Assembly (NCBI GenBank): GCA_018713245.1
Contig: DVFM01000034.1
Location: 3,835-67,834 of the forward strand
Reading direction: 5' to 3'
Source of the DNA: Candidatus Merdivicinus intestinavium
GTDB taxonomy: Bacteria; Bacillota; Clostridia; Oscillospirales; Ruminococcaceae
Length of the DNA: 64,000 bases
Under the pieces are notes generated by a model. It ran no database searches. It saw nothing but the letters and a program-made list of their open reading frames with translations, and was not told where the DNA came from. A program made the position numbers and the translations under genes. This document shows, piece after piece, positions 16,257 to 25,175 of the stretch; the first letter of the stretch is position 1, and each line of letters starts with the position of its first letter.

Positions 16257-16757
16257 ATGGTACAGGAAAAGCCGGTGCTGATTACAAGCATGGCCTCTCG
16301 GGCGCAGATCCGGGTCTGTTCTGAAAAAGGGCAGGCTCTTGCCGGATTTGTGACAAACGAGTTCCTGAACCTGACGGTGTCTTTCCGCGACGTCGTGGAG
16401 CTGCTGGCCATTTTGGAGCAGACTTTCGATTTTCTCTCCTTCCCGCAGACAACGCTGTCATATCGCTCCTTCCGTCCCGCGTCCCGCCGGGGGAAAGGGC
16501 GGCGTCCGAGGAAAGCAGGTGTCCGATTGATGGAAAAAAATCCGAAGGAACCGGAGCGCGGTGAAAAGGCGACGTTTCTGGTTCACGTTCAGTTCCGCCA
16601 GCATGCAACCTGGCAGGGGAATATTACCTGGGTGGAAAAAGGCGTCACCCAGCAGTTCCGCAGCGCGCTGGAAATGCTCCGCCTGATGAACGAGGCGGTG
16701 GAGGGCGAGGACAGCGCCCAGGTCCGTTTCGAGGACGGAAAACCCTTTATTGAATAA
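16257..16757 (+). CDS. Uncharacterised protein with two internal repeats separated by a basic linker
   Basis: Track ORF is 16248-16757; ATG 16257 has better spacing from GGAGGGGAG. Ordinary amino-acid composition. Repeat ends VSFRDVVELLAILEQ and QQFRSALEMLRLMNEA. Linker RPASRRGKGRRPRKAGVR. Confidence 0.65.
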   Translation: MVQEKPVLITSMASRAQIRVCSEKGQALAGFVTNEFLNLTVSFRDVVELLAILEQTFDFLSFPQTTLSYRSFRPASRRGKGRRPRKAGVRLMEKNPKEPERGEKATFLVHVQFRQHATWQGNITWVEKGVTQQFRSALEMLRLMNEAVEGEDSAQVRFEDGKPFIE

Positions 16758-16817
16758 CCGGCAGCGCCGGAACGGAAGGAATCGTATCCTGCCGGCGCTT
16801 CAGCCCGGACTTGCATC

Positions 16818-16855
16818 AAAACGGCCCGCGGGGAATATCCTCACGGGCCGTTTTT
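16818..16855. terminator. Bidirectional intrinsic terminator between convergent genes
   Basis: AAAACGGCCCG ... CGGGCCGTTTTT. Confidence 0.7.
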
Positions 16856-16865
16856 GCGCGGATTA

Positions 16866-18275
16866 TTATTTGGCGGCAGCGCCGCCGGTGTTGGGAAGCT
16901 GGAGCGTCAGCTCGAAAAAGCTGCCCTTTCCGAGGGTGCTCTCCAGATTGAGGGTGCCGTGGTAGAGGCTCACCAGGTGCTTGACAATGGAAAGCCCCAG
17001 CCCGGTGCCGCCGATGCCCCGGCTGCGCCCTTTGTCCACCCGGAAAAACCGCTCGAATACCCGGGATTTCATCTCCTCCGGAATGCCGATGCCGGTATCC
17101 CGGACGCCGATGCGGAGAATGTAGCCGTCCGTTTCAATCCGGACCCAGACGGAACCGTTTTCCACGTTGTACTTGACGGCGTTCTGCATCAGGTTTGCAA
17201 GAAGATTGTACAGGTGGCTGTAGGGAATGGCAATCTGGAAATTCCCGCCGGAAATTTCCATTTTGATGCCTTTGGCGCGCATATCCGGCTCCAGGGTCTC
17301 CCGGATTTCATTGGCCACCTCCAGCGCGTTGATGGGCGGCGCTTCGGTGGGTTCATCCTCGTTTTCCATCTTGGAGATGAACAGCAGGTCGTTGATAATC
17401 CGGGACATCCGGGCAGCCTCCCGGCGAATGATGCGGACGCTTTGGGTCATCTGTTCCGGATCGGAAATCAGCCCCTGCTCCATCATTTCCGAAAAGCCCA
17501 GAATGGAGGTGATGGGGGTGCGGAGTTCGTGGGAAGCGTTGGAGAAGAAGTCTTGGCGCTGCTGGAGAGCGCTGCGTTCGGCGGTGACGTCCAGCAGCAG
17601 AATGAGGATGCCGACGCGCCGGCGGGGCTCCTCCTGGCGGACCTGGCGGATCTGGATGGAGAAAATCCGGCCGTCGGGGAGATGCATGTCAAAGGGCGTC
17701 ACCTCTTCCCCCTTGAGGATGGAGGCAGTGCGCTCCAGAATGCGGCGGCTGTGGACCGCTTCCTTGAGCTCCTTGTTTTCCGCAGCGTCCGGGATGCCCA
17801 GAAGCTGCTGGGCAATGTGGTTGTAGGCCAGAACATGCTGCTTCTGGTCCAGCAGGACAAAGCCCTCCTTCAGGCTGGAAAAGATGAAGCGGAAGCGGTT
17901 TTCCCGAGCCTGGAGGCGGTAGCGCGCCAGCACCAGCCGGCTGCACAGGCCGCGGATCTCCTGGCAGAGGTCGGAAACCTCCACCGTCATGTTGTGCTGG
18001 ATGGGGTGAAAGACAAAGCGTTCCTGCTCCTCCCGAAGGAGCTTGGTGACAAGCTGAATCTCCTGACGCTGTTCCCGCTCCGCATCCCGGGTGAGGGAGC
18101 GCGCCAGAACAATCGCGAGAAGAACCAGCAGCGCTGCCGCCAGAACAATCCAGAGGACGGTGTGCAGCACGCCGCCGGCATTCCATGCGCCTGCGGCGGC
18201 CAGCGCGGCGCCCGCCCCCAGCAGCGCAGCACAGAGGCAGCGGAGAAACGGGCTGTTGACGAGGGGCTGTTTCAT
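16866..18275 (-). CDS. phoR: PhoR-like sensor histidine kinase
   Basis: Start moved to ATG 18275 (MKQPLVNS), preceded by GGAGGG. Two N-terminal TM helices, H-box FFSNASHELRTPITSILGF, and HATPase N/G boxes (NLMQNAVKY, DTGIGIP, GGTGLGLSIVK). Sits next to pstSCAB and an OmpR-type regulator. Confidence 0.8.
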   Translation of the reverse strand: MKQPLVNSPFLRCLCAALLGAGAALAAAGAWNAGGVLHTVLWIVLAAALLVLLAIVLARSLTRDAEREQRQEIQLVTKLLREEQERFVFHPIQHNMTVEVSDLCQEIRGLCSRLVLARYRLQARENRFRFIFSSLKEGFVLLDQKQHVLAYNHIAQQLLGIPDAAENKELKEAVHSRRILERTASILKGEEVTPFDMHLPDGRIFSIQIRQVRQEEPRRRVGILILLLDVTAERSALQQRQDFFSNASHELRTPITSILGFSEMMEQGLISDPEQMTQSVRIIRREAARMSRIINDLLFISKMENEDEPTEAPPINALEVANEIRETLEPDMRAKGIKMEISGGNFQIAIPYSHLYNLLANLMQNAVKYNVENGSVWVRIETDGYILRIGVRDTGIGIPEEMKSRVFERFFRVDKGRSRGIGGTGLGLSIVKHLVSLYHGTLNLESTLGKGSFFELTLQLPNTGGAAAK

Positions 18276-18308
18276 AAACGGCCCTCCTTTCCGGCAGGGG
18301 GTTGCCAT

Positions 18309-18331
18309 AAAAAATCCCGCCGCTTGGCGGG
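18309..18331 (-). terminator. Small terminator-like hairpin between the regulator and kinase genes
   Basis: Minus strand reads CCCGCC-AAGC-GGCGGG followed by ATTTTTT. Begins 13 nt after the regulator stop and ends about 35 nt before the kinase ATG. Confidence 0.4.
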
Positions 18332-18343
18332 GCGGGGGGAAGG

Positions 18344-19027
18344 TTAGCTGCAGAAGCGGTAGCCGACGCCCCGGACAGTGTGGATATAGCGGGGATTGTC
18401 GGCGTCGTCGCCCAGTTTTTGCCGAAGCGTTCGGATGTGCATATCCAGCGTGCGGGTCTCGCCTTCAAAATCGATGCCCCACACCAGATTGAGAAGCTCG
18501 GACCGGGTCATTACCCGCTCGGAATTCTCCATCAGCAGCTTCAGCAGCTCAAATTCTTTAAACGTGAGATCAATTTTCTCGCCGTTCCGGGTGACATCCC
18601 GGGTGTCGCAGTTGACCTGAAGGTCCTGGCCGGTCAGAACGGCCGGCTTGCGGCTGCGGGAAGTCCTGCGGAGCAGGGCCTGGACCCGGGCTTTCAGCTC
18701 CAGAATGCCGAAAGGCTTGGTCAGGTAATCGTCGGCGCCTGCATCCAGGCCGGTCACTTTGTCCAGCTCGGAATTTTTGGCGGTGAGAATCATAATGGGC
18801 AGGTCGGCGTAGGCTGCGTCAGCCCGGATGCGGCGGACGGCCTCGACGCCGTCCATGTCGGGCAGCATCAGGTCAAAAAGCATCAGGTCCGGCGTCGCTT
18901 CCTTCAAAGCGTCCAGCCCGCTGCCGGCGTTTTCAAACGCCTTGACCTGATAGCCGAAAGCCTGGAGCGCCGTTGCGACAAGCTGCCGGATATTTTCGTC
19001 GTCTTCCACGACGTAGATCATTGCCAT
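18344..19027 (-). CDS. phoP: OmpR/PhoB-family response regulator (PhoP-like)
   Basis: Receiver domain (MIYVVEDDENI..., DLMLPDMDG, TAK) plus a winged-helix output domain (LTFKEFELLKLL..., RTLDMHIRTLRQKL, TVRGVGYRF). GGAGGA RBS. Confidence 0.85.
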   Translation of the reverse strand: MAMIYVVEDDENIRQLVATALQAFGYQVKAFENAGSGLDALKEATPDLMLFDLMLPDMDGVEAVRRIRADAAYADLPIMILTAKNSELDKVTGLDAGADDYLTKPFGILELKARVQALLRRTSRSRKPAVLTGQDLQVNCDTRDVTRNGEKIDLTFKEFELLKLLMENSERVMTRSELLNLVWGIDFEGETRTLDMHIRTLRQKLGDDADNPRYIHTVRGVGYRFCS

Positions 19028-19071
19028 GTGGGATTCCTCCTCGAAGCAGTGTAGTTTTCGCTGCTTCTTTG

Positions 19072-19108
19072 ATTATAACACGAAGGGGACGGTTTTGTAA
19101 ACTGTAAA
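19072..19108 (-). promoter_or_regulatory. Candidate promoter of phoP-phoR with tandem TTTACA hexamers
   Basis: Minus strand reads TTTACA-g-TTTACA (19108-19096), 18 nt, TGtTATAAT (19077-19072). A GAAGCAG/CTGCTTC hairpin precedes the RBS. Confidence 0.45.
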
Positions 19109-19109
19109 A

Positions 19110-19865
19110 TCAACCGAAACGGCCCCCGATGTAATCGGCTGTCCGCTTATCCGCGGGATCGTGGAACACCTGCTGGGTTTCGCCGAACTCCACCATTTCG
19201 CCCACCAGGAAAAAGGCGGTAAAATCGGAAACGCGGGCGGCCTGCTGCATGTTATGGGTCACGATGGCCACGGTGTAGTGCTGCTTGAGCTCCAAAATCA
19301 GCTCCTCCACCTTCTGGGTGGAGATGGGGTCCAGGGCGGCGGTGGGTTCGTCCATCAGCAGGACTTCCGGCTCCACGGCCAGGGCGCGGGCAATGCACAG
19401 GCGCTGCTGCTGTCCGCCGGACAGGGAGAGGGCGGATTTCTTCAGCCGGTCCTTGATCTCGTCGAAGAGAGCGGCCCCCTGGAGGCTCTGCTCCACGATG
19501 GCGTCCAGCTCGGATTTTTTGCGGATGCCGTGGAGGCGCGGCCCGTAGGCGATGTTGTCATAGATGCTCATGGGGAAGGGATTGGGACGCTGGAAAACCA
19601 TGCCCACCCGTTTGCGCAGGGTGGTGACGTCCACCCGGGGACCGTAGATATCCTCGCCGTCCAGGAGGATGGTTCCTTCCACCCGGGTCCCCTCGATGAG
19701 GTCGTTCATCCGGTTCAGGGTGCGCAGAAAGGTGGATTTGCCGCAGCCGGAGGGGCCGATGAAGGCGGTAACGCGCCGCTCCTTGATGGGGAGGGTGACG
19801 TCCTTCAGGGCATGGGTCTGGCCGTAATAAAAATCCAGATTGGTGGCGATCATTTTATCGTTCAT
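19110..19865 (-). CDS. pstB: Phosphate ABC transporter ATP-binding protein
   Basis: Walker [10 protein letters not shown], signature LSGGQQQRL, Walker B LLMDEP, and a PstB-type N-terminus. Confidence 0.9.
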   Translation of the reverse strand: MNDKMIATNLDFYYGQTHALKDVTLPIKERRVTAFIGPSGCGKSTFLRTLNRMNDLIEGTRVEGTILLDGEDIYGPRVDVTTLRKRVGMVFQRPNPFPMSIYDNIAYGPRLHGIRKKSELDAIVEQSLQGAALFDEIKDRLKKSALSLSGGQQQRLCIARALAVEPEVLLMDEPTAALDPISTQKVEELILELKQHYTVAIVTHNMQQAARVSDFTAFFLVGEMVEFGETQQVFHDPADKRTADYIGGRFG

Positions 19866-19934
19866 AATCAGGCGTTCCTTTCGTTTTATATCAGACAGAA
19901 AAAAGGGCGGCCGCCGCGGCCGCCCTGGATGGTT

Positions 19935-20831
19935 TTACGCTTTTTTGCGGCCGCCGCACAGGCGGGCAAGGAGGTTGATGGCGAGGACTACCAGAATCAG
20001 CACTGCCGCAATGGCGAAGCTGACGTCGTTGCGCCCCTGGTCCGCATACTGATAAAGCTGGACCGCGAAGGTCGCGCCGGAGGTTCCGGCATGGGTGAGC
20101 CAGTTGGAGGGGAGGTTGGCGGCGATGCCGGCCGTGAAGATGAGGGCCGCGGATTCGCCGACGATCCGCCCGATGCTCAGGATGAGAGAGGTAATGATGC
20201 CGCCTTTGCAGCAGGGGATGAGGATGGTGCGGATGGTGTGCCATTTGGAAGCGCCCAGGCCGGCTGCCCCTTCCCGATAGCCGGTGGGGACGGTGCGGAG
20301 GGCTTCCTGGGTGGTCCGGATGATGGTGGGGAGCACCATGATGGCCAGCGTCAGGCATCCGGAAATGATGGAGTAGCCGAAGCCGAAGGTGTTGTTGAAC
20401 ACCATCATGCCGAACAGGCCGTAGATGATGGAAGGAATACCGGCCAAAGCCTCGGTGGTGAACTCGATTACCTTGGTCAGGCGGCCGCGTTTGGCGTACT
20501 CATTGAGGTAGATGGCGCCGCCGACGCCCAGCGGAGCGGCAACCAGAAGGGTGATGACGATAATATAAGCGGTGTTGATGATGTTGGGCAGAATTCCGTA
20601 GGTGCGGTTGAGCGCGCTTTCCTCCGTGGTCAGGAACTTCCAGGTGACGCCGGGCAGCCCTTTGGCGAGGATGTAAACAATCAAACCGGCTACCAGAAAG
20701 AGGGTTACTGCCCCCGCCAGCACGGAAATGCACCGCAGAAAGATGTCCAGCGGACGAATGCGGGTTTCGGTGAGGGAACGGGGCCTCCGGGCAACGGCTG
20801 TTGCCTGTCTTGCGGCGGTATTGACGGTCAT
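19935..20831 (-). CDS. pstA: Phosphate ABC transporter permease PstA
   Basis: Polytopic permease with a PstA-like EAA region (QEALRTVPTGYREGAAGLGASKWHTI). Confidence 0.85.
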   Translation of the reverse strand: MTVNTAARQATAVARRPRSLTETRIRPLDIFLRCISVLAGAVTLFLVAGLIVYILAKGLPGVTWKFLTTEESALNRTYGILPNIINTAYIIVITLLVAAPLGVGGAIYLNEYAKRGRLTKVIEFTTEALAGIPSIIYGLFGMMVFNNTFGFGYSIISGCLTLAIMVLPTIIRTTQEALRTVPTGYREGAAGLGASKWHTIRTILIPCCKGGIITSLILSIGRIVGESAALIFTAGIAANLPSNWLTHAGTSGATFAVQLYQYADQGRNDVSFAIAAVLILVVLAINLLARLCGGRKKA

Positions 20832-20870
20832 ATTATCGAATCCTTTCTAAACTGGCTCTGTGTTTTTCAA

Positions 20871-21770
20871 TTACTGCTTGGCGCCTTTTTTCAGGATGCC
20901 GGTGAGAATGAGGTTGATGGCGAAGATGAAAATGAACAGGATCAGCCCGATGCTGAAGAGCGCCTCCCGGTGCAGGCCGGAAGCATAGCTCATTTCCGAG
21001 ACAATGCCGGTGGTGAGGAACCGGACGCTGCCGAACAGGTTGGGCATGTTCACCACGTTGCCGGAAACCATGATGATGGCCATGGTTTCGCCGATGGCGC
21101 GGCCCATTCCCAGGACAATGCCGGTGATAATGCCGGATTTGGCGGCGCGGATGTTCATTTTGAAGATGGAGGTCATGGAGGTCGCGCCCAGGGCCAGCGA
21201 GCCGTCATAATACTCCTGGGGCACCGCCCGCAGAGAGGTAATGGTGACGCTCACGATGGTGGGCAGGATCATGATGGCCAGCACCACAATGGAGGTGAAC
21301 AGCGACGCGCCGGAGGGCAGGTCGAACACTCCGGCCACAAAGGGGGAGAGGAGTGTGACGCCGACCAGGCCGTAGATGACCGAAGGAATGCCCGCCAGCA
21401 GCTCCACTGCCGAGGTGAGGAAGGTTTGGGTCCGTTTGGGGGCCAGATAGCAGATGAACACTGCCGTCAGCACGCCCAGCGGCACGCCGACGATTACGGC
21501 GCCCAGGGTGCCCAGAATGGACGTGAGGATCATCGGAAGAATCCCGAACTGCGGGTTTTCCGCAGTGGGGGCCCAAACGGTCCCCGTCAGGAACTCCCAG
21601 AGCCCCACCTCCCGGATGGCCGGGAGGCCGGAAACTACCATGTAAATCGTTATGGCCGCAACGCAGAGGATGGAAGCCAGGCCGCATACGAGGAACACGA
21701 TGTTCATGACCCGTTCCACTGCGCCTTTTGCTCTTTTGGCAGAGGAAAGGGCGGACTTCGTTTCTGTCAT
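20871..21770 (-). CDS. pstC: Phosphate ABC transporter permease PstC
   Basis: Polytopic permease with a PstC-like EAA region (SLRAVPQEYYDGSLALGAT). Confidence 0.85.
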   Translation of the reverse strand: MTETKSALSSAKRAKGAVERVMNIVFLVCGLASILCVAAITIYMVVSGLPAIREVGLWEFLTGTVWAPTAENPQFGILPMILTSILGTLGAVIVGVPLGVLTAVFICYLAPKRTQTFLTSAVELLAGIPSVIYGLVGVTLLSPFVAGVFDLPSGASLFTSIVVLAIMILPTIVSVTITSLRAVPQEYYDGSLALGATSMTSIFKMNIRAAKSGIITGIVLGMGRAIGETMAIIMVSGNVVNMPNLFGSVRFLTTGIVSEMSYASGLHREALFSIGLILFIFIFAINLILTGILKKGAKQ

Positions 21771-21807
21771 GGAAAAGATCCTTTCTTTTTATTAAAAGGG
21801 CTTGCTC

Positions 21808-22716
21808 TTACTGTACGGGTACCAGGCCAACCTGCTCACAGACCGCCTGGCCGTCCTCGCTCAGGGTGTAATCAAGGAACGCCTGCACCGCGTCGGAGAG
21901 CTCGGCGCCTTCTTTCGTCACCATGAGGAAGGGACGCTGGAGCAGATAAGAGCCGTCTTGAATGGTCTCGGTGGAGATTGCCACGTCGTTGATGGTCAGG
22001 GTCTTGACGGTGTCGTCGATGGAGTCAAAGGAAACGTAGCCAATGGCGCCGGGGGTAGTGGCGACGGTCGTTTTGGCAGAACCGGTGGAGGTCTGTTCGG
22101 AATCATAGGAGGCCATATCCGAGATGCCTACGATTTCTTCAAACGCATCGCGGGTGCCGGAGCCGGCTTCACGGCCAACCACGTAAATTTCCAGGTCCTC
22201 GCCGCCGACTTCGGACCAGTTGGTGATTTCGCCGGTGTAAATGTCGGCAATCTGATCCAGAGTCAGGTTTTCAACAGCATTGGCGGGGTTCACGGCCATC
22301 GCGATGCCGTCCAGAGCGATTTCATGAGGAACCAGGCCGGTTTCGTCTTCCGCAAGCTCACGGCTCACGTTGCCGATGTCGGAAACGCCTTCCAGCGCAT
22401 TCTGAATGCCGGTGGAGGAGCCGCCCAGCTGGACGTCAACCGTGACATCGGGATATACGGCGGTGAAGGCTTCGCCCAGCGCTTTGGCAACGATTTCCAT
22501 GGAGGTGGAGCCGGACATGGAAACGGTTCCGCTCAGGTCCGCGGTGGTTTCGGCAGAGGATTCTTCAGCGGAGGATTCCGCGGCAGAGGATTCGGCAGCG
22601 GAAGCTGCAGAGCTTTCAGCAGAAGCGGCGGAGGAAGAATTGTCGCCGGAGTTGCAGCTGGCTAAGGTCATGGCGGCAAGCAGGCCCGCCATCAATACAG
22701 AAGTAATCTTTTTCAT
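21808..22716 (-). CDS. pstS: Phosphate-binding lipoprotein PstS
   Basis: Lipobox LASC. Ser/Ala/Glu linker. PstS blocks GSTSME, REAGSGTRDAFEE, IGYVSF. Confidence 0.85.
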   Translation of the reverse strand: MKKITSVLMAGLLAAMTLASCNSGDNSSSAASAESSAASAAESSAAESSAEESSAETTADLSGTVSMSGSTSMEIVAKALGEAFTAVYPDVTVDVQLGGSSTGIQNALEGVSDIGNVSRELAEDETGLVPHEIALDGIAMAVNPANAVENLTLDQIADIYTGEITNWSEVGGEDLEIYVVGREAGSGTRDAFEEIVGISDMASYDSEQTSTGSAKTTVATTPGAIGYVSFDSIDDTVKTLTINDVAISTETIQDGSYLLQRPFLMVTKEGAELSDAVQAFLDYTLSEDGQAVCEQVGLVPVQ

Positions 22717-22747
22717 CTTAATCTCTCCTTTTGTTCTTTACAACTCG

Positions 22748-22810
22748 ATTATACTCAAATTTTTGTCAAGTTAAAAGCATAAAAGAGTAAGAAAATGGTC
22801 TTTCTGATGT
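22748..22810 (-). promoter_or_regulatory. pstS promoter region with TTxACA-like hexamers
   Basis: Minus strand: TATAAT (22753-22748) with TTGACA only 10 nt upstream (22769-22764). Further CTTACT and TTTACA hexamers lie about 22 and 44 nt upstream of that TTGACA. Confidence 0.4.
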
Positions 22811-22913
22811 AAAGGAAAAGTAAAGATCGGGTAGAATGGCCCCGCCTTCTCCTGCGCTATATGGTGCAGGCGCCTGCGATTTCCTTTTTTCGGTGGAAAA
22901 ATTCAAAAATGTG

Positions 22914-22922
22914 TGGTACAAT
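22914..22922 (+). promoter_or_regulatory. Extended -10 element (TGGTACAAT) upstream of the ydbS-like gene
   Basis: TGnTAcAAT match about 40 nt upstream of ATG 22964. Confidence 0.3.
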
Positions 22923-22963
22923 AAAGAAACAACGCGGAAAGCGCTGGGAGCGGAGGGTGCGGA

Positions 22964-23440
22964 ATGGAAGGGCAGATATCCAAAAAGAGCCTGGTGATCT
23001 GGGAAGCGGCGGCGGTATTGGCGGCCCTGGCTGCGGCATGGCTGGTGGATTTTTTTCTGCCGCCCCGGTGCTGGCTGTGGTACCTGCTTTTGTGGCTGGA
23101 CGGCCTGGCGCTGGTCCTGGCCGCATTTCTATACCTGCCGCTGCGGTATGAAAACTGCCGCTATATTGCGACGGACGAATATGTGGAATATCAGCGAGGG
23201 TTCATTTTTTTAACCCGGTCCCGGATTCTGCGGCGGGCGGTTCTGTATGTGACGGTGGTGCGGACGCCGTTTTCAGTGCTGCTGCGGACCCGGACGCTGG
23301 TCATCCGCTCCATGGGCGGCAGCATGACCATCCCCTGCCTTCCGATTAAAGAAGCCGAAGCCCTGCTCAAGGAGCTTACGCCCCGCCATCCGGCAATCCG
23401 CCCCCGCCTGTACGGGGAGAAAGGCGGCGGCCATGACTAA
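22964..23440 (+). CDS. YdbS-like bacterial PH-domain membrane protein
   Basis: Two TM helices followed by one bPH-type domain. Paired and overlapping with the ydbT-like gene. Confidence 0.7.
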   Translation: MEGQISKKSLVIWEAAAVLAALAAAWLVDFFLPPRCWLWYLLLWLDGLALVLAAFLYLPLRYENCRYIATDEYVEYQRGFIFLTRSRILRRAVLYVTVVRTPFSVLLRTRTLVIRSMGGSMTIPCLPIKEAEALLKELTPRHPAIRPRLYGEKGGGHD

Positions 23441-24878
23441 TTTTCAGCGCCAGCACCCCCTGTATGTGGTCCATGCCTTTTCCAAATACCTTCTCCTGCT
23501 GATCTTCCCGCTGCTCCGTTCCCTGCTGCTCCTGCGGGGGGATGTCTGGGCGTGGGTCCGGGGCACATGGTTCGACCTGCTGATCGTCGTTCTGATTATC
23601 CTTTTCGGCGTGGTGCAATGGCGCTCCATCCGGTACAGCCTGGGGGAAAAGGGCGTTTATGTGGAGAGCGGTTTTCTGGTGCAGGAGATCCGGTATCTTC
23701 CTTATAAAAACCTTTCGTCCATTGCGGTGGAGGAGCCCTTTTACCTGAGGCCCCTCCGGATTGCGCGGGTGCGGCTGGAAACGGACGGCGGAAGCCTCTC
23801 CCGGGCCGACGCTGCCCTCCTGCTCCGGCGCAGCCAGGTGGAGGAGGTGCTGGAAGCCGGGGCCGTCCGGCTGGCGGAAGGGCGCGGCGGTCCCAAAGGC
23901 GTGCGGACCTACCGCCCGAAAGCGCTTTATATCGCCATTCTTTCGCTGATTACCTCCAACACCCTGACCGGCGTCCTGTTTGCTTCCACATTTATCAGCC
24001 AGAGCGGGAAAATCCTGGGAGAGACGTTTGAAAGGCTGCTGGTGGACTCCATCGCGCGGATTATCCGCGTCCTTGCTTTCAACATCCCGCCCGCCGCGGC
24101 CATTATTGCGGCTGTGCTGCTGGGCGGCTGGGCCATCGCCTTCCTGATGACGCTTATCAGCCATCTGGGGTTCCACGCCACCCGGGAAAACCGCCTGCTT
24201 TCGGTCCGGGTGGGGATTCTCACCAAAAAGGAGGCCTATATGGCGGTGGAGCGGATCAATTACGTCCAGCTGCGCCAGAGCCTCCTGACCAAGCTGTGCG
24301 GATTCTGCTCGGCGTTTCTGAACTGCACCGGATACGGGAAGGAGAAAAACGAGCTGGCCGTGCTTTTCCCGGCGGTGGAGCAGCAGGACCTGCGGCGGAC
24401 GCTCCGGCTGATTCTGCCTGAAATTAAGGTGAGCCCCCGCCGCTACAAGCCGTATATCAAAGTGCTGACCCGTTTCCTGATTCCGCCGGTCACTCTGATA
24501 TTCGCTGCCGCGGCGGTTTTCGGGCTCGCGTGGTTTTTGTTTCCCAATTTCCGCCAGGTGAGCCTCTTTCTGGGGATTATGGCCGAGCTGCCCTCGATCT
24601 GGTGGCTTTTTGTCAAGATTGCCGCCTATTTTCATGTGGGCATCGGCGTCCGGGGGGATATTTATACCTTCCGATTTACTTTTGGCTACGCCTTTTACAC
24701 CGTGGCCCTCCACAAGGACAAAATCGCGAAGGTGGAAACCCAGCAGTCCCTCTTCCAGAAAATGTCAAAATGCTCCGATATTTTGATTTATCCCTTTTCG
24801 GAACGCGGCCGCCGCATGCGCATTCACAATATCCGCCAGAGCGAGGCGGAGGAATTCCTGCGGACGCTGGGCTGCTGA
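23433..24878 (+). CDS. YdbT-like membrane protein with repeated bacterial PH domains
   Basis: 481 aa. A TM-hairpin plus PH-like module recurs three times. Overlaps the ydbS-like gene by 8 nt. Confidence 0.7.
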   Translation: MTNFQRQHPLYVVHAFSKYLLLLIFPLLRSLLLLRGDVWAWVRGTWFDLLIVVLIILFGVVQWRSIRYSLGEKGVYVESGFLVQEIRYLPYKNLSSIAVEEPFYLRPLRIARVRLETDGGSLSRADAALLLRRSQVEEVLEAGAVRLAEGRGGPKGVRTYRPKALYIAILSLITSNTLTGVLFASTFISQSGKILGETFERLLVDSIARIIRVLAFNIPPAAAIIAAVLLGGWAIAFLMTLISHLGFHATRENRLLSVRVGILTKKEAYMAVERINYVQLRQSLLTKLCGFCSAFLNCTGYGKEKNELAVLFPAVEQQDLRRTLRLILPEIKVSPRRYKPYIKVLTRFLIPPVTLIFAAAAVFGLAWFLFPNFRQVSLFLGIMAELPSIWWLFVKIAAYFHVGIGVRGDIYTFRFTFGYAFYTVALHKDKIAKVETQQSLFQKMSKCSDILIYPFSERGRRMRIHNIRQSEAEEFLRTLGC

Positions 24879-24925
24879 TCCGACCCCGTGCGGCAGGTTC
24901 CGCCCCTTTTCGACAGCCTTCCCCA

Positions 24926-24950
24926 AAGCCCGCAGACGCGGGCTTTTTGC
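24926..24950 (+). terminator. Intrinsic terminator after the ydbT-like gene
   Basis: AAAGCCCGC-agac-GCGGGCTTTTT. Confidence 0.7.
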
Positions 24951-25041
24951 ATAGGCGGATAAATTTTCAGGAAATTATTTCCGGAAAAATGTTAAAAAAA
25001 TGTAAACGTCCGGTTTTGCTCCCGATTCGGCAAAAAAAGTA

Positions 25042-25070
25042 GTTGCAAAATCCCGCAAGAATGGTTATAA
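25042..25070 (+). promoter_or_regulatory. Candidate Pmra (dcw cluster) sigma-A promoter
   Basis: TTGCAA, 17 nt, TATAAT, about 105 nt upstream of the mraZ start. Followed by AAAGTGGTAGTGGTGAATGGCGG. Confidence 0.55.
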
Positions 25071-25175
25071 TAAAGTGGTAGTGGTGAATGGCGGTTAAAA
25101 ATGGGGAACAATACCACAAAATTGCAGGGAATCCCGCCCGCGCCGGCGGTTTCCTGAAAAAAGGGGGCGGCGGGC

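Noticed and set aside
19161-21926. 921-aa plus-strand ORF, the longest in the track
   Set aside because: Antisense to pstB, pstA and pstC, all of which have textbook motifs. Gly/Asp/His/Ala-rich junk composition.
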